DNA of 64,000 nucleotides from Nitrospirales bacterium (GCA_965203295.1 CBDBCZ010000010.1:160001-224000); one strand, 5' to 3'; positions 37,665 to 55,834 are shown, numbered from the stretch's first letter. Program-made: numbers and translations. Notes: a model not told the origin generated them from the letters alone.

Positions 37665-40600
37665 TGTAGAGGTCATGTATTTTGGGTTTTGTAATGTTAC
37701 GTAACACTTACCTTGTACTTCGACCTTTTCTAGCATGGACTTAATTTTTAGGTAGCACGGCCTCATGGTTGACTGACATTGTACTTGTGTATAGATCATT
37801 TGAATAAAGTTGGCTAAACCCTAACAACTTCAATTGGTGACCCCGACGTGCGACTCCAACCGCCACGCTGTCTCGAGAACGACCAGAGGAAGCCCCAGAT
37901 ACCGGAACGACCGTGGCAGCCGTCAATATCAAGATTCCGCCATATTGGGCCTCAGATCCCCAGGTATGGTTCGCCCAAGTTGAGGCTCAGTTTGCCACGC
38001 GTGGCATCTCTGCTCAGAAAACCAAGTATGATTACGTCGTTGCCTCCTTGGTGCCGGAAATAGCCACTGAGGTCCGCGATCTTATCCTGACCCCGCCTGT
38101 CGACACACCGTACGATACGTTGAAGGCACAACTGATCGGCCGTACCGCCGCGTCCGAGCAGAAGTGCCTGCAGTTGCTGCTGACCGCAGAGGAACTCGGT
38201 GACCGTAAGCCCTCACAACTGCTACGCCGGCCGGATGCAGCAGTTGATGGGTGACAAACGCATCGATGACTCACTCGTTCGTGAGCTCTTTCTTCAGAGG
38301 TTGCCCACCAACGTGCGCATGGTTCTGGCATCCGCAGGACCCACCATGGGTCTCAATGATCTCGCTCAACTGGCCGATAAGATCATGGAGGTCGCTGTGC
38401 CCTCCGTCGCTGCCCTGACCACATCCCCGTACGCCGCAGAGCTCGACCAACTGCGCGCAGAGGTAGCAGGCTTCACCAAGCTCGTCAAGTCCCTCTCCTT
38501 ACCAGCGCTCAGGCCGCGAGGGTCATCTCGACGCGGTTCCCCTAGCCCTTCCAGACCACCTTAGCCTGCGGTACGCCGGTACGGGGAAAAAGCGCAGAAG
38601 TGCCGCCCACCCTGCACAAAGTCGGAAAACGGCTCGGCCAGCCGCTGATGGCGGTGAGCGCTGCTGGCCACACCCAGAGTCGCCTATTTTTTGTTACTGA
38701 CTACGCAAATGGTTTTCGTTTCCTTGTAGATACCGGTGCTGAAATCAGCGTCATTCCCCCGTCACGCACTGATCGTCTGCATCGACAAGGCAATCAATTC
38801 CTGCAAGCAGTCAATAACACGTCCATCGCGACCACATTTCAATGGGTTTTCACTGTCGCTGACATCAAAAACCCCATTCTCGGTGCCGACTTCTTGCAGC
38901 ACTTTGGCCTCTCGGTGGATGTTGGCCGGAAACGTCTGTCTGATGCATTGACACATCTCAGTGTCAACGGTATTGCATCTCAGACCACCTCGCCTAGCCT
39001 CACACTCCTACCGAAGAAACCGGCAAACGAGTTCCAAGCTATCCTCCTTGAGTTTCCGACCTTGCTGCGCCCCCAGACTGGTGATTGCGAAGTCAAGCAT
39101 GGTGTCACACACCACCTCCAGACGAAAGGCCCACCTGTCAAGGCACGAACTCGACGCCTGCCCCCAGAACGCCTGAAAGTGGCTCGACGCGAATTCGAAC
39201 ATATGCTGCAACTTGGGATAGTCCGACCCTCCTCTAGCACTTGGGCGTCACCTCTCCACATGGTCCCTAAAAAGGCCCCAGGAGACTGGCGACCGTGCGG
39301 GGATTATCTTGCGCTGAACAATGCCACCGTTCCTGATCGATATCCCATCCCGCATATCCAAGATTTTACAGCAACACTGCACGGAGCAACCATTTTCTCC
39401 AAGCTCGACCTTGTCCGAACGTACCATCAGATTCCGATGGAGCCAGACGACATCCCGAAGACAGCAATTACCACCCCGTTCGGCTTGTTCGAATTCACAC
39501 GAATACCCTTCGGCCTTCGAAATGCGGCCCAAACCTTTCAAAGATTCATGGACGACGTCTTGAGAGGTCTGCATTTCGCCTATGCGTATGTTGATGACAT
39601 TCTCATCGCCAGCACCAGCAGAGATGAACATCTCCATCACTTGCGCCTGGTCTTTGAACGCCTCAGCAACTTTGGCATGGCGGTCAACCCAAGCAAATGC
39701 GTGCTGGGCATGCCAGAGTTGAACTTTCAAGGCCATCGCGTGGATTGCCACTCTCCCACCCTGGTGTGCGGGCAACGCAACGCCTAATCACCAGTCGGTA
39801 TGTTTGGCCTAGCATCAATAAGGACGTGCGGAACTGGGCCCGAGCCTGCATACCATGCCAGAGATCAAAAGTCCAGCGACACACAGTAACACCGCTGTCG
39901 ACATTCGCCGCCCCAGATGCGCGCTTTTCAAAGGTACACATTGACCTGGTGGGTCCTCTTCCCCCGTCGCAAGGCTACACTTATCTCGTAACTTGCATAG
40001 ACCGGTTCACTCGCTGCCCCGAAGCATTTCCGATATCAACCATAACGGCCGAGACTGTCGCACGTGCGTTCGTCACGGGTTGGATAGCGCGCTTTGGCAC
40101 TCCAGCCACGCTAACTACGGACCGAGGTTCACAGTTTGAGTCAGCATTGTGGAGGGAGCTCATGGGACTCCTAGGAACAAGCCGTATCCGTACTACTGCA
40201 TACCACCCATCCGCCAATGGGATGGTCGAGCGTTTTCATCGACAACTTAAGGCAGCCCTTAAAGCCCAACCCTATCCAGATCGTTGGATGGAAGCTCTCC
40301 CAACAGTACTCCTGGGGATTCGCACAGCAGTGAAACGTGACATTGGCTGTAGTTCTGCGGAGTTGGTTTATGGCACAACATTACGGCTGCCAGGAGAGTT
40401 CCGCGATTCCACCTTGGATACCTCCACAGCTGATCCGGTCACCTACGCAACTCGCCTGCGATCAGCTATGCAACACTTTCAGCCCCCACCAGTACGCACC
40501 CAGGCAAATCGCACAGTGCATCTTGACAACAACTTGCGTACAGGTTCACATGCCTTCATCCGCCACGATGCCCGCCGTAAATCTCTACAACCTGTTTATG

Positions 40601-41044
40601 ATGGTCCGTTCAAGATCCTTCAGCGATCGGATAAACACTACACTATGGATGTGCATGGCCGTCGTGAAGTCATCTCCCTTGACCGGCTCAAGCCTGCACA
40701 TTACGACCCTCCACCCGACTCAGTGGACTCTAAACCCGTTACTCCCACGCCCCCCTCCGTTGCACTCTCTCCTTCGTCACCGCCACCCTGTGTGACTCGC
40801 TCAGGCCGACACGTACATTGGCCTCAACGTTTTCTTTAACTTTATCGTTCGTCTCCTCACTGGAGGGGGAGTACTGTAGTGGTCATGTATTTTGGGTTTT
40901 GTAATGTTACGTAACACTTATCTTGTACTTTGACCTTTTCTAGCATGGACTTAATTTTTAGGTAGCACGGCCTCGTGGTTGACTGACAGATTGTACTTGT
41001 GTATAGATTGTTTGAATAAAGTTGGCTAAACCCCAACAACTTCA
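37665..41044 (+). mobile_element. Gypsy/Ty3 LTR retrotransposon, internally deleted (RNase H missing)
   Basis: LTRs 37665-37832 and 40875-41044 (TG..CA); TSD CACT; PBS TGGTGACCCCGACGTG (tRNA-Trp-like); PPT GGAGGGGGAG. Confidence 0.95.
37913..40839 (+). pseudogene. gag-pol (Gag, protease, RT, integrase) with frameshifts and deletion at ~39745
   Basis: [83 protein letters not shown]. Confidence 0.93.
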
Positions 41045-41573
41045 CACTCAGTACATGGAGTACGGTAATACTCCATATGTAGGGATGGCACGGGAAAAAA
41101 TGGCGGCCCCATATAACGCGTACTAAATTATACGTTCAGAACTCGGCTCTGATTATAGTCATAAACTTTTATGACCCAAACCATGACAACTCGAGTGTTT
41201 TCATCAGCAACAGGACTGTTAGCAGTGGTAGAAAGCTTCGCTTCAGTACCATACGGAGGGGGGGGGGGGCAAATCGACTATCTATTCGTCTTTGTTTCTT
41301 TCTTCAGCCAGGCTAGCACAATGATGGCTGAAGCAATCACAATGATTCAAGCACGAACAAGCTGGATATTCTCTGGGGTATTGCACTCATAGCATAGCTT
41401 TTTCAGAGAAATCGAATAGGTTCAGCAGTGATTCACGAGTACTCCCAAGTGGATGCTTGCCGTTCCACACCATTTAGTGACTAGTGTTCTGTTCCGTTTC
41501 GTTCCGACTTCGCGTGTTCGTCTATTTAACGCCTACCTTTGATCGTGCCAGCTGTCCGGGTGGGCCTGAGATG

Positions 41574-43558
41574 TGTAACATGGGACTAAATGCGTATATG
41601 TTTGAGCACTTATCATTTCCTTCCTTATTATTATTTCTTGTATTACATCATTTGTGATAGGAAGCACTTGGTCTGATTGAAAAAAATGGTGAAACTGTGG
41701 TCAAACCTGTTCACGTACAGAGCGTGCTAGCCGAAAGCAGCGTCGCAATTGGAGGTCCTGCCGAGACCATAGTGCGAGGATCAAGTGGATTGTGCGTAAG
41801 GCTCACTGTCATGCCGACGAAGGTTGAACTAAAGCAAGAAATCGAGGAATTGTCCGGAAGCCATCGACAGGCCGAACCGAAGCAGTACGAAGCTCTGGAG
41901 CGAACAGAGTGAGTAGACTTGAGGTCGGAAGAGCTGCAAGGCAAGAATGAGCACCTACAAAAGAAACTCGAAGCTTTTGAGAGCCACGAGGCAACCGGCG
42001 ACGGGGAGGAGTCTACCGCGGTAATAAGAGTCACATGCGGTGGCTGGAGGAGGAGCTAGAGAAGGCGCGTGACGAAATTGATCGTATGGAGTGGCAACTA
42101 GAAGTTGTGTGCAAGGATACGAAGTTGTGTGTTGCCCGTGCCAGAGAGGGAGTGGAACACAAGAAAGAGCTGGACCCGAGATGAACTCGTTGCTTTGTTA
42201 AAGGAGAAGGTACAGCAGCTTACAAAAGTTTAAACCTCCTCAAAGCCGGCACCGGTTGTGTCCGTCTCAGGGAGCAGGTCGGAGAGCCCTGTGGTTTCTG
42301 TGGTGACAGCAACAGCAACGAAGGTCTGCGAAGAGATCTCGAAGGAAAAGGTCGCAGCAACTAGCAGCAGGAGTACACGGATGACTCTGCCGACGTTGTC
42401 CCCCTTCACTGGTAAAGACAGTAAGGGTGATGGAGAGTCCTTTAATCGATGGATATGACGACTAGAGAGACATGCTGAACTGGAGCAGTGGAGTGAACGT
42501 GAGAAACTAGTGTACCTGGAATTAAGGTTGAAGGGGCAAGCGAAGCGATTGTTCGAGGTGCTACCCGATGAAGTGAAGAAGAGCTACAGCTCTGCAGTGA
42601 AAGGCCTGAGGAAGCGTCTACCGCTTGTCAGAAGGGACGCTTTATTGTCTGCCCAACTGAAGAAGCGGAAGCAGAAAGCGGGAGAGACCGTTGACCAGTA
42701 TGCACAAGACTTCAAGAGATGATGGCCAAGCATACAAGAGAGTTTGGTCCGGATTGGGATTTACAACACACTTAGCTTACCGTTCAAAGCCACATGCGTC
42801 CACTGGAGAGTCACCCTTTAGTCTTATGTATGGGCGAGACCCTCGTTTGCCTACGGAGACTTGTCTGTCACCGCCACGGTTCAAGTACAATGTGGAAATG
42901 CAGGATTACTGCAGTGACCTGCACCAGGCAATGAGTTCGATCTGGCAGGCTGCCAGGAAGAGTGTCGTCGAAGCCCAGAAACGTCAAAAGAGACAATACG
43001 ATAAGAAGGCTGTGAAGCACCACTATCAAATTAGAGAGAGAGTCATGGTGTACATGCCCTGGGAGAAAACTGACAAGAAACGGGAATTGGCCCTTCCATA
43101 TTATGGACCTTACGGGATCATTGATGTTCTCCCAAATGGACTGTCTGTAAGGCCAGTCGACAAGGTGGATGAGAAACCCATCTTGGTAAATGTTGATTGT
43201 GTCACACTATGTCCGCAAGAACTGCTGGATGAGACATGGCTGGGTCCAAGGAAGAGACGTTCAGTTCGCATCCACAAGCGAAAACAAAAGTCGAAGTCCG
43301 TTTCACAACCACAGCACTGATATGAACTCCGATCCCGAAGTGACGTGCCACATGAGGACATATACTAAAGTAGGGAGCGGGTGATGTAACAAGAGACTAA
43401 ATGCGTATATGTGTTGGAGCACTTATCATTTCCTTCCTTATTATTATTTCCTGTATACGTCATTTGAGACAGGAAGCACTTGGTCTGATGGAAAAAATGG
43501 TGAAACTGTGGTCAAACCCGTTCACGTACAGAACACGCTAGCCGAAAGCAGCGTCGCA
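41574..43558 (+). mobile_element. Non-autonomous Gypsy-like LTR element (~2 kb; gag fragment joined to integrase C-terminus)
   Basis: LTRs 41574-41747 and 43385-43558; TSD GATG; PBS TGGAGGTCCTGCCGAGA (tRNA-Gln-like); AYRSKPHASTGESPFSLMYGRDPRLP and YYGPY integrase motifs. Confidence 0.9.
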
Positions 43559-43713
43559 GATGCATCTCCTGGTTCATCACTTCATATGTTACACAAAATT
43601 GTAGCTACAATACACTTACTCACATGGCTATGTTGGTTGGCCCCATTCCAAACGACTTCAGGCCAAAGGTACTGACTGTTTAAGTGAGGGGGTGTCTGAA
43701 GAGTCGGATTTAC

Positions 43714-43755
43714 TAGTCTCGTGGGCCAGACCCACAGGTCTGGCCCGCGAGACTA
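43714..43755. mobile_element. 42-bp hairpin mini-element (TAG..CTA termini)
   Basis: TAGTCTCGTGGGCCAGACC-CACA-GGTCTGGCCCGCGAGACTA flanked by near-duplicate CGGATTTAC / GGAGTTTAC. Confidence 0.6.
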
Positions 43756-46700
43756 GGAGTTTACTTTGGTGTCTAAGCATTTCTGTCTGTCTTCGTTATG
43801 TATTGTGAGCTACTGTTGCTCACTTGCTATGAATACAAGCACAAACAAACAACCCTTGGAAATGAATTTTATCACATCCGGACAATCCCTACCGTCCAGA
43901 CACCCCCTCACTTACTCTACTATTGGGGACAGGGAGCTATTCATCTTTGTGACAGTACATATTTATCTTTGTCGTTGGTGATAATTTGCAGTTCAATATC
44001 ATGGAGTACGTCCCTACATGACTTGTTTTTGCACTTTTTGGCAAAGTGCTTTTTCTGTCACTTGTTTTGGGGTGTTTTTTGGGAGGTGGTAACAAATGTG
44101 TAGGTGTAAATGTGTGTGGTGTAGGGATGGTGTTGGAATGAAATCTGTGTGAGGGTGATGCATGTAGTATAGGTTTAGATTTGTACCCCAGTGAGCACCA
44201 GGAAGGCGGTTATCTGCATGTGCATGGGGGAAAGGTCTGTTTGTCAGGGTCAGCGATGTAACTGGCATGTGAGGTTGCCTTTTTCTTGTCAAGGTCGGCA
44301 CTACAGCTAGCACGGGAAGCTGCCCTAGCATTTATTATGGAGTAGCTAGTACCGTACTCTACGATATGAATTATCTCCATGGACAAAGATATGTACGAAT
44401 TTGCATATTCTAGTGTCACAAAGACGAATAGCTGACTGCCCCCTCCAATACAGTAAGTGAGGGGGCAACTACATGGTCCACCATGTAGGGGTTGTCCGGA
44501 TACAATAAACCTCACATTCTAGGCTTTACTGCCTGTGCTAGTATTCATAGCAAGTGAACAAAAGTAGCTCACAGAGACTAATATAACGATCGGTCAACTG
44601 ACAAAAGTGAAACGTAAGTGTCACGTGACCGACTGCGCGGTATCGCAGTCTGACAGAATGGCCGCTCAAAAGCCTCCCGTTGCTCGCTCGTCAGAGTGTC
44701 CGCTATTTCCTAATGCTAGCACGACGACACGAAGGCCCGCGTGAAGCATTTTCACGTTGAATCGCGCCATTTCATGAGTATGCGCGTAAAAGTGAGAAAT
44801 GGTCACACTCGATTTTAGCGCACAACGTAGCACAACAAGCACTTGGAGCAAGAACTCGCATTCTACAGCCTTAGCAAGCCTTGGTAAGCGTTTGAATTAC
44901 AAATCTGCACTCGTTCGTGTGACTTACACCCAGGGGATGCAGCTCATGCCTGGACAGCTGGCACGATCAAATGTAGGCGTTAAATAGACGAACACACGAA
45001 GTCGGAGCGAAACGGTACGGAACAGTAGTCATTAAATGGTGTGGAACGGCAAGCGTCCACTCAAGAATATTCGTAAATCACTGCTGAACCCATTCAATTT
45101 TTTTGAATAACCTATGCTACGAGTGTAATACCCCGCTATCATCGTGCTAGCCTGGCTGAAGAAAGAAGAAACCAGCAACCAGAAAGATGTACCATTAGCC
45201 CCCCCCCCCCCAGTGTGTTGTGTAGTACGCAGCAGCCACAACGATCATATCCTGTTTACTTTGCGCATGTATTGACCTCTGTACTGATATATATATTCAT
45301 AGCTTCCTGTACAGATATAACAACCACAAAATGTCGCTCTCGTGCGCTAATGCGCTAGTCCGCGCTGCAACTTGTCTGGTCGGTGTTTCCTTCTGGTCTT
45401 CTCAGTTTCTGTAGGTTCTCTGTGTCTGTGACCCGTCTGTGCATCTCCAGAGCCTATTCTATACTGTAGCTACTGCCTATTAGTCATCATACTCCGTGCT
45501 TTAGCTAACTACCGTGCTCAGCCTGAAAATCACAAGTTTACAACGCTTTTACAAGTCACGTGACCTAACACGTGTTTCCATGGCAACGCATCGTGCCTAG
45601 CGCCTCAGGGGATTTCCCTCAAGGCATTCTACAGTGCAGTAGGGCCTAGCAGGAGATAGTAATAATTCAGATTACTGGAGGTAAGCTCACAGACTAAAAT
45701 AATATTCACAAATCTAGGAAGCCAAAGGGTTAAATCATTTGAATCGGACCGTCGTCACATGATTGGCCGGCTGAAATGGCTGCTAAACTGCAGCTAAGAA
45801 ACTTTGCTTTATGCGCCACTGTTCCCGTAGGCTAGAGAATCTGCTTTTGTGCTGATTGAAGCTCTGATGGAAAGTATTAGCTACAACCGAGGGGGAATGA
45901 CGAACGGATGAGTCCTGTAAAAGCAACGGCGAGTTAAAGCCTGCTTGGAAGTGTGTGAAAAGCATTTTTGGATAATATCTTGAGAACAACACCTAGGATT
46001 TTTGTCCCCTACCGTTTAAGGTTAGTCAGCTAAGAAACCGTTTGAATTGCGTTACTTTGTCCTAGCTTTACAGGATCAGTGGCACATTTTGTCATTTAGT
46101 GTGGCCAAGGAGCTTCACTTGTGTGGGTGTGGCACGCTTGCGGTTTGTGGTTGGAGGACGGGGCTAATATCAAAGTGTGAAGTAAGAGTGGTCTATTCAG
46201 GCATCTAAAAAAATCTTCAGAATTATTGTTTGTCAGATGGAGTTTTGAATGTGTACGAAAATTTAGTCAAATTCAGCAGGACCCATGCCTTACCGCACCT
46301 GAGTAGCAAGATTTACATTTTCAGTACCGTAGTCAAACCTTAACGTAGTAGGACATCCTGCTAGATACCGTAATGCTACAATATTTTGAGCGAAAGAAAC
46401 CTGTGAGTGTGATTTTACCATTTTGCGGCCAATTCAAGTACTTTGCAATCTGTTCTTGGCGATTGTGGTGACGGCATTCCCATTTTTGGCCAATCTCGGC
46501 TGAAGTGGGTATGTACCTTACCCTTCTTGGCCTTCTGTTGGCTGGCTTGCTTCTCCAACGCACGCTTTACACTTGTTCGCTTTGCGAGTTGCCATCGCTC
46601 CGATTGCAGTGTCCTTGCGGCTGGGACTCGTAGTAAAATACTGCCGAATACTCATCTTGAAATAGCTACTGCTGTAGAAGTATGAACTTTACCTACCACC

Positions 46701-47419
46701 TTCGCTGTTGCTTAAGGCAGTCCATTACTGCTGCTTCTCCTTGGACAGCTATTGATTTGATGTTCGTTAACCGCACTCACTAAAAACCACACCCACAAAT
46801 TATTGTTTACTGTTTGCAATCTTATATTTGCAATGCTGTAAGGACTCGCAAAATTTGCAAAAGTTCATCCAAAATATTGTAGCATTACGGTATTGAGGAG
46901 AAAATTGAACATAATGTGCAGTTTTTGAATGTTTAATATAAATACATGTACCTCCACAAGACTCCACACACTCCAGAAAAAAAACGTGCAACAACCTATG
47001 GGGTGTGGTTTGTTAACTTCAATCACAGCAATTTTCTGGAAAACCTACATTGTAAAACAAGTTGTATTATCATGCAAAGTTAAGAGTACAAAATTATTAT
47101 AGCTATGTACTTACCCATCTATACAGCCGTGGATACAAAAGCCATATGGGGACAACTTATCGTGTCCATCTGCATGCCACGTATAGTACCACCAACAAGT
47201 TAGTATAATATTTACATGGCATGCACTTTCCGTGTACCTTACTCCTATGAATCCTTTTCTTCGCGAAAAGTCGAACTCTATACTCAACTCCTGCTGTGTC
47301 TTCCTCCTAAGCATTTGCATCAGTGTGTCCCTACATGAATGCACACATACATGTGCAGTATCACAACCGAAATGTACATGTACACAGAGTGCATAATAAT
47401 CAACTCGTCTGCGTGCTAT

Positions 47420-49556
47420 ATACTAGTTAAAGCATCGCAGCGGGAAATATTGCACGAGGGCGTGGTCGAGGGGCGAATAAAGCACGAGGCGAAGCCGAGT
47501 GCTTTATTAGTCTCGAGACCACGCCCGAGGGCAATATTTCCCATAGTGCACGAGCGTAAGCGATGCTTTAACTGGTTTAGTGTCATTTACGGAGCGATTC
47601 AAATCCAAGAAAATGGCGAGCAAAGAGTTGGTTAGAGGAGTAGTGAGTGCTAGTTTGCTGAATCCCTCTTGGGATGATTTGACCAAATTCGTCGAGAATC
47701 CGGATTTTGACTTAGGCATGGGGGAATGGCTGTCTGATCCGTTACCTGCCGACTTTGAAGGCATGTCTGCCTGGATGTCCAGTTTGCCTGATTTGAGTTG
47801 CATCACGGATATGGATGACGGGATCGACGAGAATTCTAGTAGCGCTCCAAAGCGTTCACGGCTTTCCTTGCCGAAGAAAGGAGTTCCGATTTTCAAGGAG
47901 GTAGGAATCGTAAACCGAGTACTAGTAGGCGTTTTGCTCAGCCCATGGAGTCTCCTGAAAGAGAGAAGGCGGCGAAAGGAGTAATTCCAGCGAAGACTGC
48001 AGCCAGTACGTAGTGGGCTTTGAAAAATTTCAATGATTGGGTGCACAATCGTCCATTTGTAGACTCTGCCGAAGCCATTCCAAGCAATCTTTTGAGCAGC
48101 CACGATGCCGAGCTCGTTTGTAAATGGTTGTCTCGTTTCGTCTTGGAAACGAGAAAGTCTGATGGCTCACCCTATCCTCCTGCCACTCTAAGGTCTCTAG
48201 TGAGTGGACTTAACCGTGTACTGCAGATTAAGAAGGCTCCTTTTTCTGTGCTGGACAAATCCGACCACAGGTTCCGTGATTTTTTGAAGACCCTGGATTC
48301 TCTCAGCAGTGAGTTGCACAGACAAGGAGTTGGTGTATCGAAAAACAGTGCTAAAGTAATTGATCCCAGTCATGAGGACATACTCTGGGCGAGTTCTCTC
48401 CTTGGTTATTCTTCCCCCAAGGTTATTCTTCCCCCAAGGTTCTTCAGCGTACTGTATTCTTCTATGTGGGGCTCAATTTTGTGCTTAGGGGTGTACAAGA
48501 ACAATACCACCTTTTACCCTCACAATTCAGCCACGTACCACAAGACAGGAGTATGTATAATGAGTCCGTGTATTATGAATACACTGAGCTAATAGCAAAG
48601 AATAATCAGCATCGATTTAAGGACATAAACATGAAAAACAAGTGCACTCGTGCTTACGCTCTACCAGGGAATGAACGATGTGTTGTAAAACTTTTGGATG
48701 CATATCTAACTCTTTTACCTCCCAATGCTCCTTACTTTTATATGCGAGTTTTGGATGATGCAGATCCCACAAAGCACTGTGTGATGAAGCAGCGGGTTGG
48801 CATAAACTCACTTAAAAACATCCTTCCGGAGCTATCTGAGAAATCTGGTGTGGGGGTGCATTATACAAATCACTCACTTCGAGCCACAGCGATTACGCGC
48901 ATGTTTAACAGTGGAATTCCGGAAAAGGTAATTGCTGAAACATCAGGACATAAAAGCACAAAAGCGCTGAGATGCTACGAACACACATCGCAACAGTTGA
49001 AACAAGATGTAACGAAAGTAATCAACAGGTCGTGTTAGGTTCCAACCAGTGAGTGTACAGCTACCGTTCCTATGTCAGAGCCTGAGTGTAAGCCTGTCAT
49101 TTCTCATTTGAAGGAGGAAAAGCCTGAATGTAAGCCTGCAGCTCAGTCTATTCCTCAGAGCTTTTCTGGCAGTTTTACCAACTGTACTATCAACATTTCT
49201 CTCTAACTTTTTTCCCCATTTGCATGGCTGTTTCACTTATCTTATTTTTGTGTGCTGTTTCACTCAGCATTCTGTTTGTATTGTTGTCACTGATACACTT
49301 GTTTGAGTAATGCTTTGATTTGAATTCACCAACAATTACAGAATTGGTTGTAGAGTGTAGCTACAAGTACATAAGCTGCACTGGCTAGTGGTGCACTTTT
49401 GTGGATTCTGTTTACAGTTAATTGCTAATAGTTCTCAATTACCTATGACCTGTTCTTTATTTTGTACTTCCTGAAAATAGAGCACAGTGTGCACATTATG
49501 GAAAATAAAGTACACTTCGGTACTTTGATTTTGAACGGCTTCATACACTAAAATAC
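47420..49556 (+). mobile_element. Crypton tyrosine-recombinase DNA transposon
   Basis: Short direct repeat ATAC at both ends; ~150-bp 5' hairpin around CACGAGGCGAAGCCGAGTG; interrupts an IS3EU-like exon. Confidence 0.75.
47612..49206 (+). pseudogene. Crypton (DUF3504/ZMYM-KCTD1-like) tyrosine recombinase, frameshifted by 17-bp duplication 48404-48437
   Basis: LSRFVLETRKSDGSPYPPATLRSL, GLNFVLRGVQEQ, YTNHSLRATAITRMF, SGHKSTKALRCYE. Confidence 0.9.
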
Positions 49557-49940
49557 GGTATCTATCCCTCAGCAACTTCCAAATGGCTCGGTATCCTTGA
49601 AGACTATCAGATGACTAACTAGCATGTGCTGAAAAAGGAATTACTGAAGTAACAAAGTAATCAGTAGAGTAATTGTGAAAGGCTACACAGGACATCTCAA
49701 TATTATAGTACCTGCACGAGCATGATGCTGATGTTGACATTGATTGGGGCGAGCCGGAGCGAGCCCCACACTTGTTATAATAACGCGTTTTTCTCTATCT
49801 ATCTGTCTGTCTGTCTCGTATGTCATGCCGAATCTCCGTACTGTTCTATTTATTTATTTTTATTTTTGCGCATGCCAGTGTCCAGGCCATGGATACTTTG
49901 TCATTCGTAGAAGTTAGCTAAGAAAGCACTTAGTACAGCC

Positions 49941-54490
<4,550 letters not shown>

Positions 54491-55065
54491 TAACAGTTCA
54501 TCTCTTGCCCTGACCCTTTCCTTTTCTTCCATCCAAACCCTCTCCCTGACTTCTTCCGCCAACCTCTGCTTTCTCTTTCTCCAACTTTTCCCTGTTCTGC
54601 TCCCTCCACTGTCTTCCTCCTTCCTTTCCCACGCTCCAAATCTCTTTTTCAACTCCCATAAATCTCTCTCAATGCGGTTTACACGAACACTCAGCTCTTC
54701 ATGATCCCTGCCCCTTTCCCTCCTTTTCTCAACAGCCTTCTCCCTCTCTTCAACTAATTTTTCCTTCTCAATTAATTTCTTAAATCTGTCCCCCCAGTCA
54801 ACCGCGTCAAAAACTCCGGGGCAGTCATACGGTCAATCGATGACACTTGCTGGACACAATCAGGTAACGTCGATGAGTATCTCTAAACTTACTGGACACA
54901 AACAGGTATAAGTTCAATGAGTATCTCGAATGGACACAATCAGGTACGTAAATTCGCTCGCACGTGTATCTCAATCCTTGTACGCATGCGCAAAACAACT
55001 AGCGTACCTCGTGCTGTGAAATTTGATTTAGGACGACCACAATGCCCTATAGCTAACCTGCAAGT

Positions 55066-55481
55066 ATATGTGAGCGGATATAAGAAAAGGGCCCACTTCG
55101 CGCATTAAAAAATGTGCGTACTTAAATGACGCGTATTTCAGCAATGGTAAGCGCGATCTAAATGAAACGTGGGTTGTTTTTACATGAGGCGTTGCTGCAG
55201 CAACAACCCGGAAATGAAGCCATTCTGACGTACCATCACGAAGATATGGGGCGGGGTTTGCGGCATTCACGAAAATGGCACTGCTACCGAGGTGCGTATC
55301 TCAGTCATAATAAGAGCTGCTGACTTCTAGCATGGGATATTATTAGATGAAGGTTAGTACTGGTATTGTTGAAAGAATCATCCCGTTCTGACCACTGCTT
55401 AGTGAGATATGATAGTTTGAAAACTACCAAACATTACAAAAATGCGCGAAGTGGGCCCTTTTCTCAAATCCGCTCACATAT
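55066..55481. mobile_element. MITE with ~40-bp TIRs
   Basis: ATATGTGAGCGGATATAAGAAAAGGGCCCACTTCGCGCATT / AATGCGCGAAGTGGGCCCTTTTCTCAAATCCGCTCACATAT. Confidence 0.85.
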
Positions 55482-55834
55482 GATCTACTAACTGATAGTC
55501 CACTCTGTCTTTGGGTACGTGTTACGGCATTACCCACCATCATGTGCATAAACAACCCACAATAATTACACAGTGCCACATTCCTTTACCTCAGGACCTT
55601 TCAACACATAGGGCAGAATGCATTATGGCAAATACTCACTCTCATGCACTCCTCTATACACTTCCTCATGCCCCTTAGAGACAATAAATTAGAACATCAA
55701 CAATTCATCATCAATCAATTACAGAATAAATAATGACATCAATTATTATGACTACAGAAAACAATAATGACAAAATCACAATAAATGTCACGTGTAGCTA
55801 CATGTATACTGCAGAATGTGAAACAACAAGGTAC

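Larger units (their letters stand above)
41255..45210. repeat. Degenerate long inverted repeat (palindrome) whose left arm holds the second Gypsy
   Basis: 41255-41573 plus 43563-43571 matches the reverse complement of ~44930-45210; ~43800-44015 matches the reverse complement of ~44335-44585. Confidence 0.75.

Noticed and set aside
45270..45733. Further piggyBac-like MITE ending GCCAAAGGG-TTAA (similarly GCAAAGAG-TTAA at ~2354)
   Set aside because: No convincing partner end found.
46016..46343. TTAA-flanked Kolobok-like mini element
   Set aside because: The TIR match is too weak (GGTTAGTC vs GGTTTGAC) to support.
47612..49206. Host ZMYM/KCTD1 gene or phage integrase
   Set aside because: Intronless, bounded by Crypton-like ends and inserted in another transposase exon.
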